64,000 nucleotides of DNA from Hydrolagus affinis (taxonomy: Eukaryota). The position numbers and the translations under genes were made by a program. The stretch is taken from NCBI GenBank assembly GCA_012026655.1, contig JAAILG010000024.1:124001-188000 (forward strand), given 5' to 3'. The notes beneath the pieces were generated by a model, which saw only the letters and a list, made by a program, of their open reading frames with translations, did no database searches and was not told the DNA's origin. Below, piece after piece: positions 25,837 through 39,160 of the stretch (position 1 is the stretch's first letter; each line of letters starts with the position of its first letter).

Positions 25837-27021
25837 CATCATCAATGACCAAAAATGCAGTGTGCACGGACATAATTGGGAAATTAAAACACTTCCGAAT
25901 ATTCCGACTCTTATAATGCAAAGATTTATCAAGAGAAGCTTCCAAGGAGTTAGTGGAATAAAAAAAAAGTTTGCATCTAAATAGGAAGTATCACACTGAG
26001 CCTTATTGAAGAATAAACACTAATTGCAAAAGAATAGCTAATCACAGTCCATTGAAGAAACATGAGATGAAACGGGATAATGAGATGGAAATTGTGCAGC
26101 ATGCAAGGAGGCACAATGTTTAACAGCTACACAGGTAATAAGTAGGTTATTAATAATTCATCTAATCATTTTTTCTGAAGAGTTGTTAAACAACATAAGT
26201 ATATAGCATCAATCGGCTATCCTGTTGTATGAAAACAACAATTCCTTGAAATATGATAGCAATATTCTGTTGCCAATAGAGCTTTCAGAATATTATTGTG
26301 ATTTATTAAATTCCTTCTTACACATGTGATTTGCATGTATTCAATTAAGATGGGAATCTACAGTATTCTCTCTGAGTTTCATTGTTATGGCTGAGTTTAA
26401 GGGCTATTTAAGGAATTATATTCATTGTACTCTGTTGAAAGGCTTTGCTGCATTGGGATTTTTTTTTGCAGCTGAGAGCTACAAGTGTTGAAATTTAGCA
26501 CAAGGTTATTTCAAACTAGATTCTAAACCAGCTCAGATTGATTCAATGAAAACATCCTTTCCCTAATAGTTCTGAAGTCAACCAAGTTTCGACAGCGACG
26601 GCCCCAGTCTTACAGCATGCAGCGTACAGAGTCTCTGCTCTCGAATACTGAACCATTTTAATTAAAATGTCTTACTCAACGATGGATGGCAGTGGTTGGG
26701 GGATGGATGAGAGGTGGCTGAAAAATGCTACACTAATTTAGTGGGGCCAAGGTGCATTATTATTCTATATTGATGTATGATAATTCAGTTTGGGATCTTT
26801 TTGTACCGGCAGCAGCGGTTTAATGTTGACTGACTTTCAGGTTATTGATGCAGGCTGAAGTTCATTACTGGGGATTATTAATTGTAATGTTATTAATTCA
26901 ATCTTATTAAAGAATAATTTGCAGTGAATTATAGGAAATTCTGTATCCAGTACACGTTCCACTCCATTATATCCCGCTGTAAATACAAAAAAAAAATCAT
27001 TTTAAGCACTTGTGGTCTGAT

Positions 27022-27117
27022 TTAGGAACATAGGGATATAGGACCAGGAGTAGGCCATTCAGCCCTTCAAGCCTGTTCTGCCATTTAATTAGATCATGGC
27101 TGATCTTTACCTCAACT
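27022..27117 (-). mobile_element. CR1-type LINE 3' tail (second CR1 family)
   Basis: TAGGAACATAGG...GGAGTAGGCCATTCAGCCCTTCAAGCCTGTTCTGCCATTTAATTAGATCATGGCTGATCT is a typical antisense chondrichthyan CR1 tail. Confidence 0.8.
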
Positions 27118-27479
27118 AATCCTTTCAATTCTAATTTGTTCTGTCTGCTTAAACTGTTTGTGACTGTCTTGCATAAATCAGAAACTGTTTCGCTTGCAAC
27201 ATAATTTAAATCTTGAAGCTAGGACATGACAAACATGTATATCATTATGTTCATTTCAACAAGTTCTAAGTTACTTGAACTTTTAATTGGAGTAAGATTT
27301 TTATGTGTACATATTTAGTTTACTGTGAGAGTTTCTGAAGTCAGTCTTTTTATTCAGGAGGGTTTCAATTCTTAACTGTATGAGTTGGTGAAGCCCCTCA
27401 GCGTTCTGTATTATCCCACAACATTTCAAATTCCAAATAAGTCAATCCAAAACGCAATATCAACCAATGGGTCCTGGAA

Positions 27480-27700
27480 TGTAACAGCACAGAAATGAAT
27501 CATTCATTGTTCAAGAGTTTTTCTCCAAGTGAATGTGATCTCATATAATACCACTCTCCTGCTGGCTTCTCCATACATTTTAATATTCTTTATCAAGCAT
27601 CCGCTGTATTTCAATCCCCTTTTAAAGAATTTACAGACTCTGGCCACATTCTGGCCACCCTCTGCATGAATCCATTATCCCTAACCTTTCCTTATTCCAT
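27480..27700 (-). mobile_element. Highly degenerate CR1 3' end
   Basis: ACAGCACAGAAA...CATTC, TTCTCCATAC, CCACATTCTGGCCACCCTCTG occur in antisense CR1 order. Confidence 0.4.
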
Positions 27701-28571
27701 TTATGACTACCTTGTGCCTTCCAGCTTCTGGCAGATATACTGTACTCACTTTACAAATGGATTCTCTGCCTCTTTTTTTTATCACATTCTTAAATCTTCA
27801 CATGGACCCGAGTTCACTGATTCTTGAGAGTCAATGTGATTCCTCAGCTGGTTTCATTAGCGCATCCGTTCCTAATACAACACAAAGAAAATTTCAATCC
27901 AAAGTGTAATAATATAAATTCAGAGAAGATCTGTCAGTTTGGAAATGAATCATCAGGTGTAAATCATAATCAGAAATAGCAAATTTTACACAATAATACA
28001 AAATCACAAACAGATGCTGCTGGAGAATATTAGATTCATTAATCACCACGGGACAAAACCATCAAATATAAATAAGACTTGTTATTATTATCATAAATAA
28101 AAGTAAGGGAAAATTATTCAAGAGAAATTGCTCATAAGTTTCAAGCACTGAAATAGAACATCCAATAACATTGGATTAGAATTTTAAAAAGCCTTATTGT
28201 ACCAGCAATGCTAATTTCATTATCAAATCATTACCATTTGGTTACGAGACAACATTATTTTCACCCACTCAAAATGATAGCAGCTAGTCAACATGCAGGC
28301 ATCCAGCAGTTTTCAATTGTTTACCTAATCTTTTTTTCAGCTTCAGTTTTACAACCCTGTAAAGCCAGTGATGTCAATGTGTGAGCTAGGTCTCTGCATA
28401 TTAAATAATAGAGTAGACATCGGGAAAATGTCCGTGGAGGAAATGTAATGCTTTTTTTTTCCTAGTTTTAAAATATTTCAATGTATTATTAATTCTGTTT
28501 TCCCCAAATAATTGCTGTGCTTGGTTGGGAATTTAAGATTCTAACATAGTTATAATTTTACTCTCCAACAG

Positions 28572-28627
28572 CTTCTCCAGCGCGCATTGGGTTCACACAC
28601 AAAACAACAGTGGATTTCTGGGATCAG
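28572..28627 (+). other. Candidate 56-nt internal exon (gene unknown)
   Basis: TTTTACTCTCCAACAG acceptor, CAG|GTAAGA donor, all three frames open. No recognisable peptide. Confidence 0.25.
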
Positions 28628-30651
28628 GTAAGATTGCTCTCCGTAAAGAATCAAGTAATGTATTCCCAATTGAGTTCCTTAAGGGGGTGAATATTAATAC
28701 TGTACAGTACTATCAATTTGGTATTGAATACTTATTCAGAGAAGCCTTGTGGATGATGATGATGATGACAATAATAATAATCCTCGCATTGCACATTGTG
28801 TAGTGACTGCGTTTTGTAGGACAGCTGATCTTTGACAAGGCATCACTATTGATGCAGCAATGAGTGCTTGTTGGAGGTTCGGAATAATATGGGTTATTTC
28901 AACATTGTAATGGAATCGCTCGCGATACATGCTACCCTGACCTGGAAGTGCAAATCGATGTTGATGTTGTCTGAAGTTTGTTTCCTTCGACCCTGACAGA
29001 GTTAATGAAAGCAGCAGTAGTTCAAAAATATCGAACTAAAAAGGGAAACGAAAAAAATAACTTTCTGCTGAGATTTACGCACGCCTCAAAGACAAAGTAA
29101 CAATTGTAATGTGATGTGCAGGTGATTGGGTAAAAACACAAATTGCTAGATTGTATATAGGGTTCTCTTCTATTGAAAATATCTAATATTCCAACATGGT
29201 TTAAGATGGAATACAAGACTTCCAGCTGATTTGCACTTGGTACTTTTCAATCACCGCACAGAGCCACATTTCAATGTAAAATATGTTGAAAAATTCATCA
29301 TTACTATATCATGTAGAAATTTAAATTTTACGTTGCTGTGAAGTCATTAGCACCAATGTGAGATTGTACAAAATTCTCTCTGTACTAATCTCTCTAGACA
29401 ATGAGGAAGTCAGATTGCAGAATGAATAATAGGAAGAAAGTTACACTTGAATGATTTTCTTTGTAAACTCATGACTCGAAAGTTGTTAATTTGTTGTATA
29501 ACTTATCGCCTTTGTTTGACTAACTTTTGGAGAAACACTTTACATGCAAAAAAAAACAGGAATTTGTATTCATTTTGAATCATTGTATAATGGGCAGTAG
29601 AGGAGCAGAGGTGCTCAAAACTTTGTAAGATTAGTTCCCTGGTGAAATATTCTCTGTAGTCAATGGATGCCCAAATTGGGTAAATGGTCACCTGGGAAGA
29701 TAGTATAATTCCCTGCCACCTTTTGAGGTACTACTAATCCTTCAACTACCTTACTCCTGGGAAATGCTGTCATGTATTCTATGTTGTACGCAGGGAGCTT
29801 ATGTCTCTTTGTAACCCAGTCATTTCTATCAAGATTTCTGATGAAAAAAAAACACATGGTCCTCTTAAAATTCAATCCAACCGAACTCAATCTGATCACT
29901 TCTATTGCATGGATTTCCCAATCCAATCCTAAATTATGATTTGAGGCCGGAAAAAAAAATAACACGATGCCTAGTTAAAAGATTACCTTTGAGTGACACA
30001 ATTGATAACTTAATTTGAACCTTCAGTTTCTAGAGATCTACTACAATAGAATTTTTAATTAAAATCTATGAAATGTAACATCATACAAACACATGTATGG
30101 GTGTGTTTGTAATTGTTCACTACTGGGTTCTGATCAGTGTGTTAGAAATGTTTGCTGTAAATTCCCAAATATGTAGGAGTCGCAAGTGCTGGTTGCTGCA
30201 ATACCATTAGCGTATCATTAATGTAAGATTTGGGCTGGATTCTGTAAATGTGACAAAAGACATAAATGTATTTAGCAGGATGATGTGTCGCCAATAAATG
30301 CCAGTGCAGGGTTTTAGTGTGTCACGGGCAGGAGAGTGAGAGAGCATAAAAACAAAATCAATTAACGTTATGTCTTTAGCACTAAAATACTGTCCTATAA
30401 TGTCTTAGGTGGCGCACCAGCACTATCTCGGTGCTATACACATGACCATCATGGAAAAAAAAATGCCATAGCGCTACTAAATTATAGAAATTTACAGGCG
30501 GCAAAACTCAAACCACACGGCTGTGCTGAACTGTGTTCCTTATGGCAAGGTTTGCAGGGGAACAGGGGTTTAACTGTGTGGTGAGCAGCACTGTTTAATG
30601 ATCAGCAGGCTTCAGTCATTTATTCTTTGCTGCAATGCACTGCTGGACGAC

Positions 30652-30757
30652 TACAACAACAACAACAAAATTGCACTTCTAAAGCGCTTTTCACGTCGGG
30701 AGGACGTCCCAAAGCGCTGAACAGTCAGGTCGGGACCCGAGTGGGGTGGGTGGGGTG
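30652..30757 (-). mobile_element. L2 3' tail
   Basis: (AAC)n AAAATTGCAC...GCGCTTTTCACGTCGGGAGGACGTCCCAAAGCGCTG. Confidence 0.9.
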
Positions 30758-31809
30758 TCTAGACTAAATAGCTATGAGCAGGTTGGAATCATGTTAGAAG
30801 AGCACCAGGATTATAGTTCACGTGTTGCGTTTTTATGACAATTCGGTTGTGGTTATGTCCAGCAGATACGTGTTCTATCTCTCAGATTGTAAAATATCAT
30901 ATATTCCTTCTTTCTCTGAGATTTCATTGCATGGTCTCATGCAAAGTTCCAGTTTGGTGGCTAAAGTTCCAATCGAATGCCATTGTTTCAGGCAAAAAAC
31001 ATAATAATGTGGCAGGGATTTCAATTGATGTAATATTAGAATATCTCAAAATTATTCTGTGGTTGTAGTTAGACACTATCTCGCAGTAATCAAGTAATGC
31101 ACAGTAGCAGTTCCTTTAATGCCTTTAAGATATCACCAGTCTTCCCCACAGAGAGCAAACCCCAGGCAGAGAAGAATGATCTGTATGAAATTGTTGGTAT
31201 TACTAGGTCAGGGGAACAGACTAGTAATTAGTCATGCAGGAGCATGATTTATAATGATTTAAAACATTGCCTAGCAACCAACATAAAGTATGTGTGAGCC
31301 TGCCCCTTGTAAAAATTGGGCGAATGGATCAACGATTTTAAAGTAAAGTTTGCACTTCATAAATATGGGATTGACAGCAGGGACGAGATATTTAATAGAG
31401 ATTCTATTAACCACAATAAATTTCAGCTTGAGGCTCGTTTGATGAATATTTTTGCCTTTTGAATTGTTTTAAGATCCGATTTTATTTCTGCATCATGTGA
31501 GCAAGTTTTCACTAACCAATAACATTTAGTTTCTTTAAATCTCACTGTCTCAGAGCAATTTCAGTTAAGCAATGATGCCTATTTTGGGCCTTTTGAGCTT
31601 CTCTGATGAACCTATTTCTATATATTCTGTACATGTTATGGTTTATACTCGAGAGACATTTTATTTAGGATGTTACAACATGATTTATTCTGATGTAGTT
31701 ACTTGTGAATAACTTAGTTTAGTTAAAAACTTGTTCTAAGATGTTTTCCAGTTTCTTGACCTCATCGCTATCACACACCAAGTGGAATAGATTGCCTTAG
31801 TTATGAATT

Positions 31810-31873
31810 GGGGATTAAGCTACAACTTCTAATTTAGAGGCAAGGGTTCCACCAACTGAGCCTGGCTGACACC
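31810..31873 (-). mobile_element. DeuSINE tRNA-like head fragment
   Basis: Reverse complement GGTGTCAGCCAGGCTCAGTTGGTGGAACCCTTGCCTCTAAATTAGAAG matches the 19950 head. Confidence 0.65.
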
Positions 31874-32631
31874 TAAATATCAATTGAGAGTGAAGAAAGA
31901 TTAGAGAACAGATCCAACTACTTAAAACCTACTGGAAATTGTAAAATGAAGAATGAAAGACATGCTAGAGAAAGCACAAGGGGAAGAGAAATCAGACAAA
32001 TAGTTGGAAAGAGCATGATCTTAAGGGAAGTCTCAAAGATTGGGAGGAGAAAAGGTCACCGAAGGAGAAGATTTGAAATACGGAGAGAAATAAAATTAGG
32101 ACCATGAAAAGCGAAAAAGGTTTTAAAAAAGATAAAAATGCTATTTAGTATTTTACAATTGAAGAGGTATTTATTATAATTGAAATTGACCTTGAATATT
32201 CCAACTTTTACTTATAATATAAAATGTGATAAAATCAAGCTGTGATTTTAATTGTAATCTGAATACTCTGTCTGAGTTAAGTGTTTAATGGGATTTAATT
32301 AAATGATTGATTAATGAGATTATTAATATAACTCGTTTTAAACACATGGACATTGCATAGTTTGTTTTAATAACACTGATCTTAAAATTAATTGGATTTT
32401 TTTGAAAGTAGCTGAGTGCTTTGCAATTCCCAAAGTCCCAATGAGGAGCAGGCTGTTTACTTGTGTATTTAATCTGCTGTTGATATGACTGGGCTAATTC
32501 AGACCAGATCTTTATTGGTGCTGGTGAAGATCATGCTGTCTGTCTACTGTTTCCATTTCTGGGCAATTCAACACATGCAACCAGCGCTAGTTGCAAAATC
32601 AAGGAAGTGAAATTCTTTTAGTATAATTGAT

Positions 32632-32705
32632 AACAACAACAAAATACAACAACAAAATTACATTTATAAAGCGCTTTTCACGTCGGGAGGACGTCCCAAG
32701 GCACC
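32632..32705 (-). mobile_element. L2 3' tail
   Basis: AACAACAAAATTACATTTATAAAGCGCTTTTCACGTCGGGAGGACGTCCCAAGGCAC. Confidence 0.9.
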
Positions 32706-34042
32706 AGATATCTGGAACTAGGTGACTGGATTAACATGTTCACTGGCAAAACATACTTATTAAAAAATATGGTAAACTATTTTTCCATCTTACCTCTCAA
32801 ACAGCATTATGAATATGTGGAAATTTAATTCAACCACCTACTGGCTCTAGGATGTAGATAAAACTGAATTTATATCCAATCATTCCATAAGAAAAGAGCA
32901 AATAATTTTGCATTATTTTTATATCCAAGAAATGAACCCTCCACCAATTGCCTAAATTATTTTAATTACAGGACAGCATGAACTTTCAGAGCTAGGTCTG
33001 CAATTTTAATCAATATTTCATTCAAATTATTCGCTGCAGCCATTTCATTAGCAATCATTTGGCTTCAGCTATAACTTAATACTTTTCCTCGTTCTGTATC
33101 CTCTATACAGTCCAACCATGACGTCTTTCTAAACGAGGTCTTGTCGTTAATGGGAAATAATGAGAGTGTCAAAAATAATATCCTTTGCAATTATTGGAAA
33201 ATGTTTGCCAATCTCTGTCACTTAATAGCATCAAGTAACAAAGAACAAATGACTAACATAATCTAGAGCTGCCTTTTTGGATGAATTGAGTTCTAAGATG
33301 AGGAATGGGAGTTTCTATATGTTGACAATTTGTGTAAAATAATAGGTCAACAAATGTTCTCTCCTTGGAATATTATATTGGGAGAACTGAACCGCAGTTC
33401 GACCAATAACTGCCCAATATCCACGTAACAGATGTATGAACTTTTATTCATAAGCTTTATTCTGTTGTCACAAGTGCCTTTGACCACCACCATGACATAT
33501 AAAATATATAAATACTATATGTGTTCCTTCTTATCCCCTTTCCATTTAACTCCACCGTCATTACATAGGAATAAACAAACAGTGTGCTGAGAGTATCAAT
33601 ATAAAATGCCTCGTACAGTACTGGAGTTTTCCTGCTTAGAATTTCAAAGTCAGTGTTAGAATAATATTGTTACCAAAGAAACTCGGGGAAAGTTACATAG
33701 AGGTACATCATTTATAGATTACTGGTGAATTTCATTTGCATGTCACTGTTGAAAAATGCAAGTAGCTGCTCATTATTTATGGCCCATGTCCTTCTTCTGA
33801 CCTAGATATGTGAGTTAACTTATAACTGTATGATTACTTCATCTTGTTTAAAAAGTTAGTCAGAATAATTAAAAGGGTCACAAAGATTTACGAACCTGCT
33901 GTCACTGTAATAGAGGGCAAATGTTTTAATAGCAGTCGCTTCCTTATCTGCTTTCAATCCTTTTTAAAATATCAGCACTTCTACATTTCTCTGATCAGAA
34001 CGTTTGTGAAAGACACTTGTGAACTAATGAAAGTGACATAAA

Positions 34043-34141
34043 TTGCAATTGGCTGCTGCGTTTCTCCCGCATACTGTATATGCAGTAAACTCACTTTACA
34101 GTATATTCTGTGAAGCACTTTGAGACGTCTAGAAGACATGA
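34043..34141 (+). mobile_element. Young SINE 3' fragment
   Basis: GCAATTGGCTGCTGCGTTTC...TTTACAGTATATTCTGTGAAGCACTTTGAGACGTCTAGAAGACATGA. Confidence 0.88.
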
Positions 34142-34949
34142 GTCACAACCTGACTCAGAGGCTAGAGTTCTCAGTGTACAATGTAATTATTTGATGCAAC
34201 ATTTTATTTTGGTTAAATACGAGGATGCTTATTAATTCTGCACCAACTTATTTGGATTGAAATTTCCTATTTGAATACCTCTGATCTTTTGTATAGCAAT
34301 GAGTCTGTTTGGAATCAAATTGGATGCTTCCATCTGTGGGTTGATCCGACGCTAGCCTGAACTAGTTCCATGTTTGAAGATACGTTCATGAAGAGGAAAT
34401 GGTTTTACCATCAGACAGCTGTGCAGCATAACCACCTGACTGATGTGTTGAAGGTTCTTAAGACTGGTGGTTCAATTTTTGACAGTGTCATTGAAAGCCT
34501 GACAAGGTTAATTTGGGGATGTAAGTTTAAATCGTGCTGAGGACAATCGGTGGAAACAATCCTGGATGAAGTGTTAACCTTTCTGTTCCTGTGCCAGTTT
34601 TCGATCCAAATCGTATTGTATATTTATGATTTTCTATTGTTCTTGATTGCTATAGTCCTCAGAGAAAATAATCTTGGCATTGAATCAAATTAATTTGCAT
34701 CCAGTGTTGAGAGTTCACAGCCCCACAAAGTTTGCGTGTAGATCGAATGACAGAAATTCTCTTTTCAGAACGATTTCTGAAAAATATACACTCCTGCTTA
34801 TGCTGGAACCTGACTGTCGGCAGATTCTGAGTAGATTTTCTATGTATATGTTGACAACATAAAAGCAACTCTTCATTGGAGGCTACTCCTGCGACTGAGG
34901 TTGAAACTGGATTTGGCACCTCAAGCAGCATATTCTGCCTCGTTTCTTT

Positions 34950-34991
34950 GAGTTATCAATGCCACAGCAATCTCTGTGGCATTGATAACTC
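34950..34991. repeat. Perfect 18-bp inverted repeat with a 6-nt loop
   Basis: GAGTTATCAATGCCACAG-CAATCT-CTGTGGCATTGATAACTC. Confidence 0.95.
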
Positions 34992-37900
34992 CCATTCCTT
35001 CAAAGATCTTCAATTCTTGAATTCCAATGCAATCTGTTGAAAGACGAAATTGAGGATCGGATTGCTCTATCCCAACAGCATTTTTCCCTGTCCACATATA
35101 CTGCCAATTGGTTTGGTTTTCATAACTGTCTAAAGTGATCAGTATGAGGCCAACCCTATTCAGTCCATGGGGATATCTATTTGTATCCACTGAAGGAGAG
35201 TCCAGTACTTTCAGAGCCTGTCATATGATGTACACCATTCCCACTGCTAATTTGTAGCATTAGCAGCAAATGCAGAATAAGTCTGACCCCTGAGTCCCCC
35301 TAGTTAGTGGTGTTACAGATATTGTATTTTTAAATTACCGGAGAGGTGTGTTGCTAAGCAATGATAATTAGCATTTTTGACTTTTTATTGTTCATGAGGG
35401 CTTGTCTTTATGATAGGTTGGTAGCAGAAGAATCGAGTGTTCATTGTCATTCTGATTGCATTGAGCCAAAGTAACGGTTAGACTTTTTGACAAAATTTAC
35501 ACCAAGGGCTCTCATTTGCAGTCGTGTTTCTTAGTAGAATTAGAGGCTCACAACTCGGGGTTCCTTCATGTTGGGCATGTGTTCCAGGTCAAATTTTAAT
35601 AATACCTTTATCTGGCACAACATTGTCTGGCCTGAAAGCAAGCTGAGTGCCAAAGTAATAAAATGAAGCTCAGTGGTGCCATGGTAGATTTTAGGACAGC
35701 CCAAGTTATCATCGAGACTTCTCGATTCCTCTTCGGTCTTGAGAGAAGACATCTCGGGGGAGGGGGTGGGACCTCATACAGTGTGTATAACATACCAAAT
35801 ATGATTGGAAAAAGTAACACCGGAACAATGTTTGAGAATTGCTTTATTGGTATAGAGACAATCTTCCACCCCACCCCTCCCCAAGCCCCCACGCACACAT
35901 ACAAACACACACCACACACACAACATTGAGGAAGATAGAGTAAGTGAGATGTTAATATCACCACAGCACTTAGAATTGTGTTCATGTTGTACTTTATACT
36001 TGCTTTGGGTGTAAACTGTGAATCTATTCTTCTGCCTTGCAGGAATTAACAATGATGTGTTCAGAGGTAACAACACAATGCTAAATGAACCATCCCACTG
36101 TAGTTTTATTTTAAATGAGGGTACATTGGCCTCAGCCACCATCCCATCCATTATACCACTTAGTAGCAGCACATGACTGCCATATTGCCACAGATTAATG
36201 CTTTATTCATATATTTCTGACCCCAATCAATCTGGTGTTGTTTGGGTCGATAGACTTTTTTTTAAAGTCCTGTCTCTAAAAGCCTAGGAGGGAAATGGCT
36301 TTGTTACATGTATTATGCAATGTGAGATCATATTTTGCCCTTTCCCCCTTCCCTCTCACCCAATAATCTGATGTATTTCTGACTCAAAAAGTGCAACAAT
36401 AACCCTTTCAAAAGCTTTGATAATCATTTACACCTGCGCTCGGCCATGTACCAGAATGTATGTTTTCTGTGACAAGATACATAGAAATATATATGGGACA
36501 AGTGCACATAAAGAACATTTGCCCCATTAAATATATCCATGACTGTGCGCCAACATAATTGAAACAATGATTGTTTTAGATTCATAGATTACAACCGTTC
36601 CGAAAAGCGATAGGAATGAATTTGATCTTTTTCACAGTTTGTTTCCTCATTGCTTCGTAATGTACTTTGCAATATAAAGAACAGGATTGTGCTCTGAACA
36701 ACAATGATCTTTGTCTCATACATGTTGTATCTTTTGCCTTCGTACAAATATTTCTATAATACTAATCGTGCTTTGTGAGGCTGCCAGCTTTCATTAGGTT
36801 CACATCTGTTTTGCTCAATCTGCTGTGAGATGGCTGCCTGCCCTCATTTACTGGTGTGGGTGGTGTGGGGGGGGGTGGGGGGGGCTGTTGTCATTGGTGT
36901 GTGTTAGAATATGGTGTGTTAACAGTCCAGTGGTGAAGCTATATGCTCAGCAATGCAAACTACAAAACTGCAAGTGCTTTACATCTGTGAATCGGAAAAT
37001 AGGACGAGTAAAGTTTACGAAGGTATGAAATTTGTTTAAGTGCTTAGCCCATATTTTCACAGCAATCACTGCACTCTACTCATTTTTTGTTCAGTTGAGT
37101 AGAACTGCTTGGTCTAATCATATCTCCATAGCTGTGAATATAATAGGAAACATGCTTTGCGTAGAAGGTGAGTGAAGTTTTTGGTTAAAGCTTTGTGATT
37201 TCAAAGAAGTTGGGTGGGTAACTGGTTATTGGAGGATTGATTATTGGGATACGTAAAGAGTAAGAAGATCAATTGGGTTACATGCTTCAGTTCTGCTGCA
37301 ACGTATGAGTATGTGAGCTGATGAATGTACTTGCTGAGGCCTGAATACTGAGATATAATTTAGATATGTCTTGGAGTTGTGACTCCACTTTCTTATCTAG
37401 TTAGTGAAGAATCCCTAATTGGAGCTTTTCTCTTGGTTTCCTACTGATGAATTTGATCATTTTTTAGATCAAATTCGCTTTTCTTTTCTATTGCAAATAA
37501 CATTACACAACAACGAGGAAACCCAAATTGTGAAAATAATTAAATTCAATCACATCGCTTTTTCTGAAGTGTGTTCTATGAATCTGAAGCAATTTTAAAA
37601 AATCATTCCCAACATGTACATGCCGCTCAGTGTTTGAAAAGTGGTTATTTCATTAACTGACCTTTAAAAGCTTGTGTTCTTTCCACAGAACCTGCAAGAT
37701 CCTACATCAAATCGTCCAAGTCCTTTTAGAATCATAAACAAACGTGCCACTGACTCTCCACCTTCTCAGTGCCCGCTGGCGTGTGGGAATTAAATAATGG
37801 AAAGCAGTGCATGCCTGGGTAAAGCTTCCGCACTGTGCTTTTGAATGTCCGAACTGTACATTCCAAATACCATCCCTGAGCTATTCTATCTGTTTATCCC

Positions 37901-38839
37901 TTATTGCACTCATCAATTTCCAGGGCTGATCAGTCCACAGAGCTGCAGATGGGCCTTTGAACGGCATCAATTCACAGTGAGCCCAAACTAATCAGATTTT
38001 ACAAGTGAAAATGTTGGCAATTCATCTAAGTCATTTCCAATGGCAATTTGGCACCTGAATCACAATAAACACTTATGCCTTGTGACTGCCCTGGAATTTG
38101 GCAGTCCGGGGAGAGAATAGGTCGGGAGTATAATCAGAGCCATTAGCATCAATTTCTTGGCTTGTATCTACAAAGAAAGATATAAAACATTAAACAGATA
38201 TTAGCCTTACAACTGCCAGATCGCTCATTAACATAATGTACAAACAGCTCAATAGAATTCTAGTCAATGTATGAATATCTATCGTAAACGCAACGTTCAG
38301 TTTATATTCTCATCTACGCAGCCCTTTGTATTACACTGTATTAAAGGCTCCTTAGATGTCCAAATTGAAAAGAAAGTGTCTCATTATCATTTGCGTTGAA
38401 GATATAATAGTTGAGAGGAAAAGGGAAACCTCAACACCTTAAACTTACACAGGGCTGTTAACCGGGCATCAACATCGCAAAGTCTGTCACAACAAAGCAC
38501 TTGATGTAGCTCCCTGCTCCTCTAGCAGTGACTAACATTCCACTGCAATCAGCTTTGGGCAGAGATATTCAAGCAATAAAAGTGGAGAGCAAAAAACAAC
38601 TTTGATTCCTACAAGGTTCTAATGACAAAACTCAGTACGTGTGAATCATATTAGATAGAACAAAACACTTGCAGATGGTTTTGCAAACTTTATAGGATTT
38701 TAATATATCTTAAGGGGGTGGTGTAGGAGCGGGGGGAGTGGCAGTTGGGGAAAAGAGAGAGCGGAAGGAGACTGTTTGGTTAAAAGTGCCGTTTGCAACT
38801 TCCAGAAGTTGCTTGCTGATTGCAGTGAAATTATGTAAT

Positions 38840-39160
38840 TTCGGATGAGATGTGAAACTGAGGCCTTGTCTGCCTGTTCAGGTGGATGTTTAAGATCCCA
38901 TGGCACTCTAAAAGAGAAGGGAATTTCTTCCAGTGTCCTGACCAGATAGAAATGGGTACTCACTTCATGGCTTTTGTGAGATCTAGCTGTTCCAGCGCCT
39001 TGGGACATCCTCCCGACGTGAAAGGCGCTCTATAAATGTAAATTGTGTTGTTGTTGTTTGCAAATTGGCTGCTACATTCATTGTGAACTGTGTGAAGCAT
39101 GTTGAGACTTCCCAACCACCTGTTGAGGCACTATATTGAAAAAAAGATTGTTATTATTCT
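38840..39160 (+). mobile_element. DeuSINE remnant with a nested L2 tail (38992-39058)
   Basis: Deu core TTCAGGTGGATGTTTAAGATCCCATGGCAC. The L2 tail sits between GCTGTT and TGCAAATTGGCTGC. Confidence 0.88.

Noticed and set aside
36855-36886. G-rich tract and other microsatellites (10931 TG, 12516 TC, 16655 TA, 28754 GAT)
   Set aside because: Ordinary simple repeats with no supporting context for function.
37689-37818. Possible exon after a strong acceptor (CTGAC...TTCTTTCCACAG)
   Set aside because: Stops in the frames examined, a weak donor and no recognisable peptide. Similar lone splice-like sites (1160, 8720, 21257, 49132, 60914) are expected by chance.
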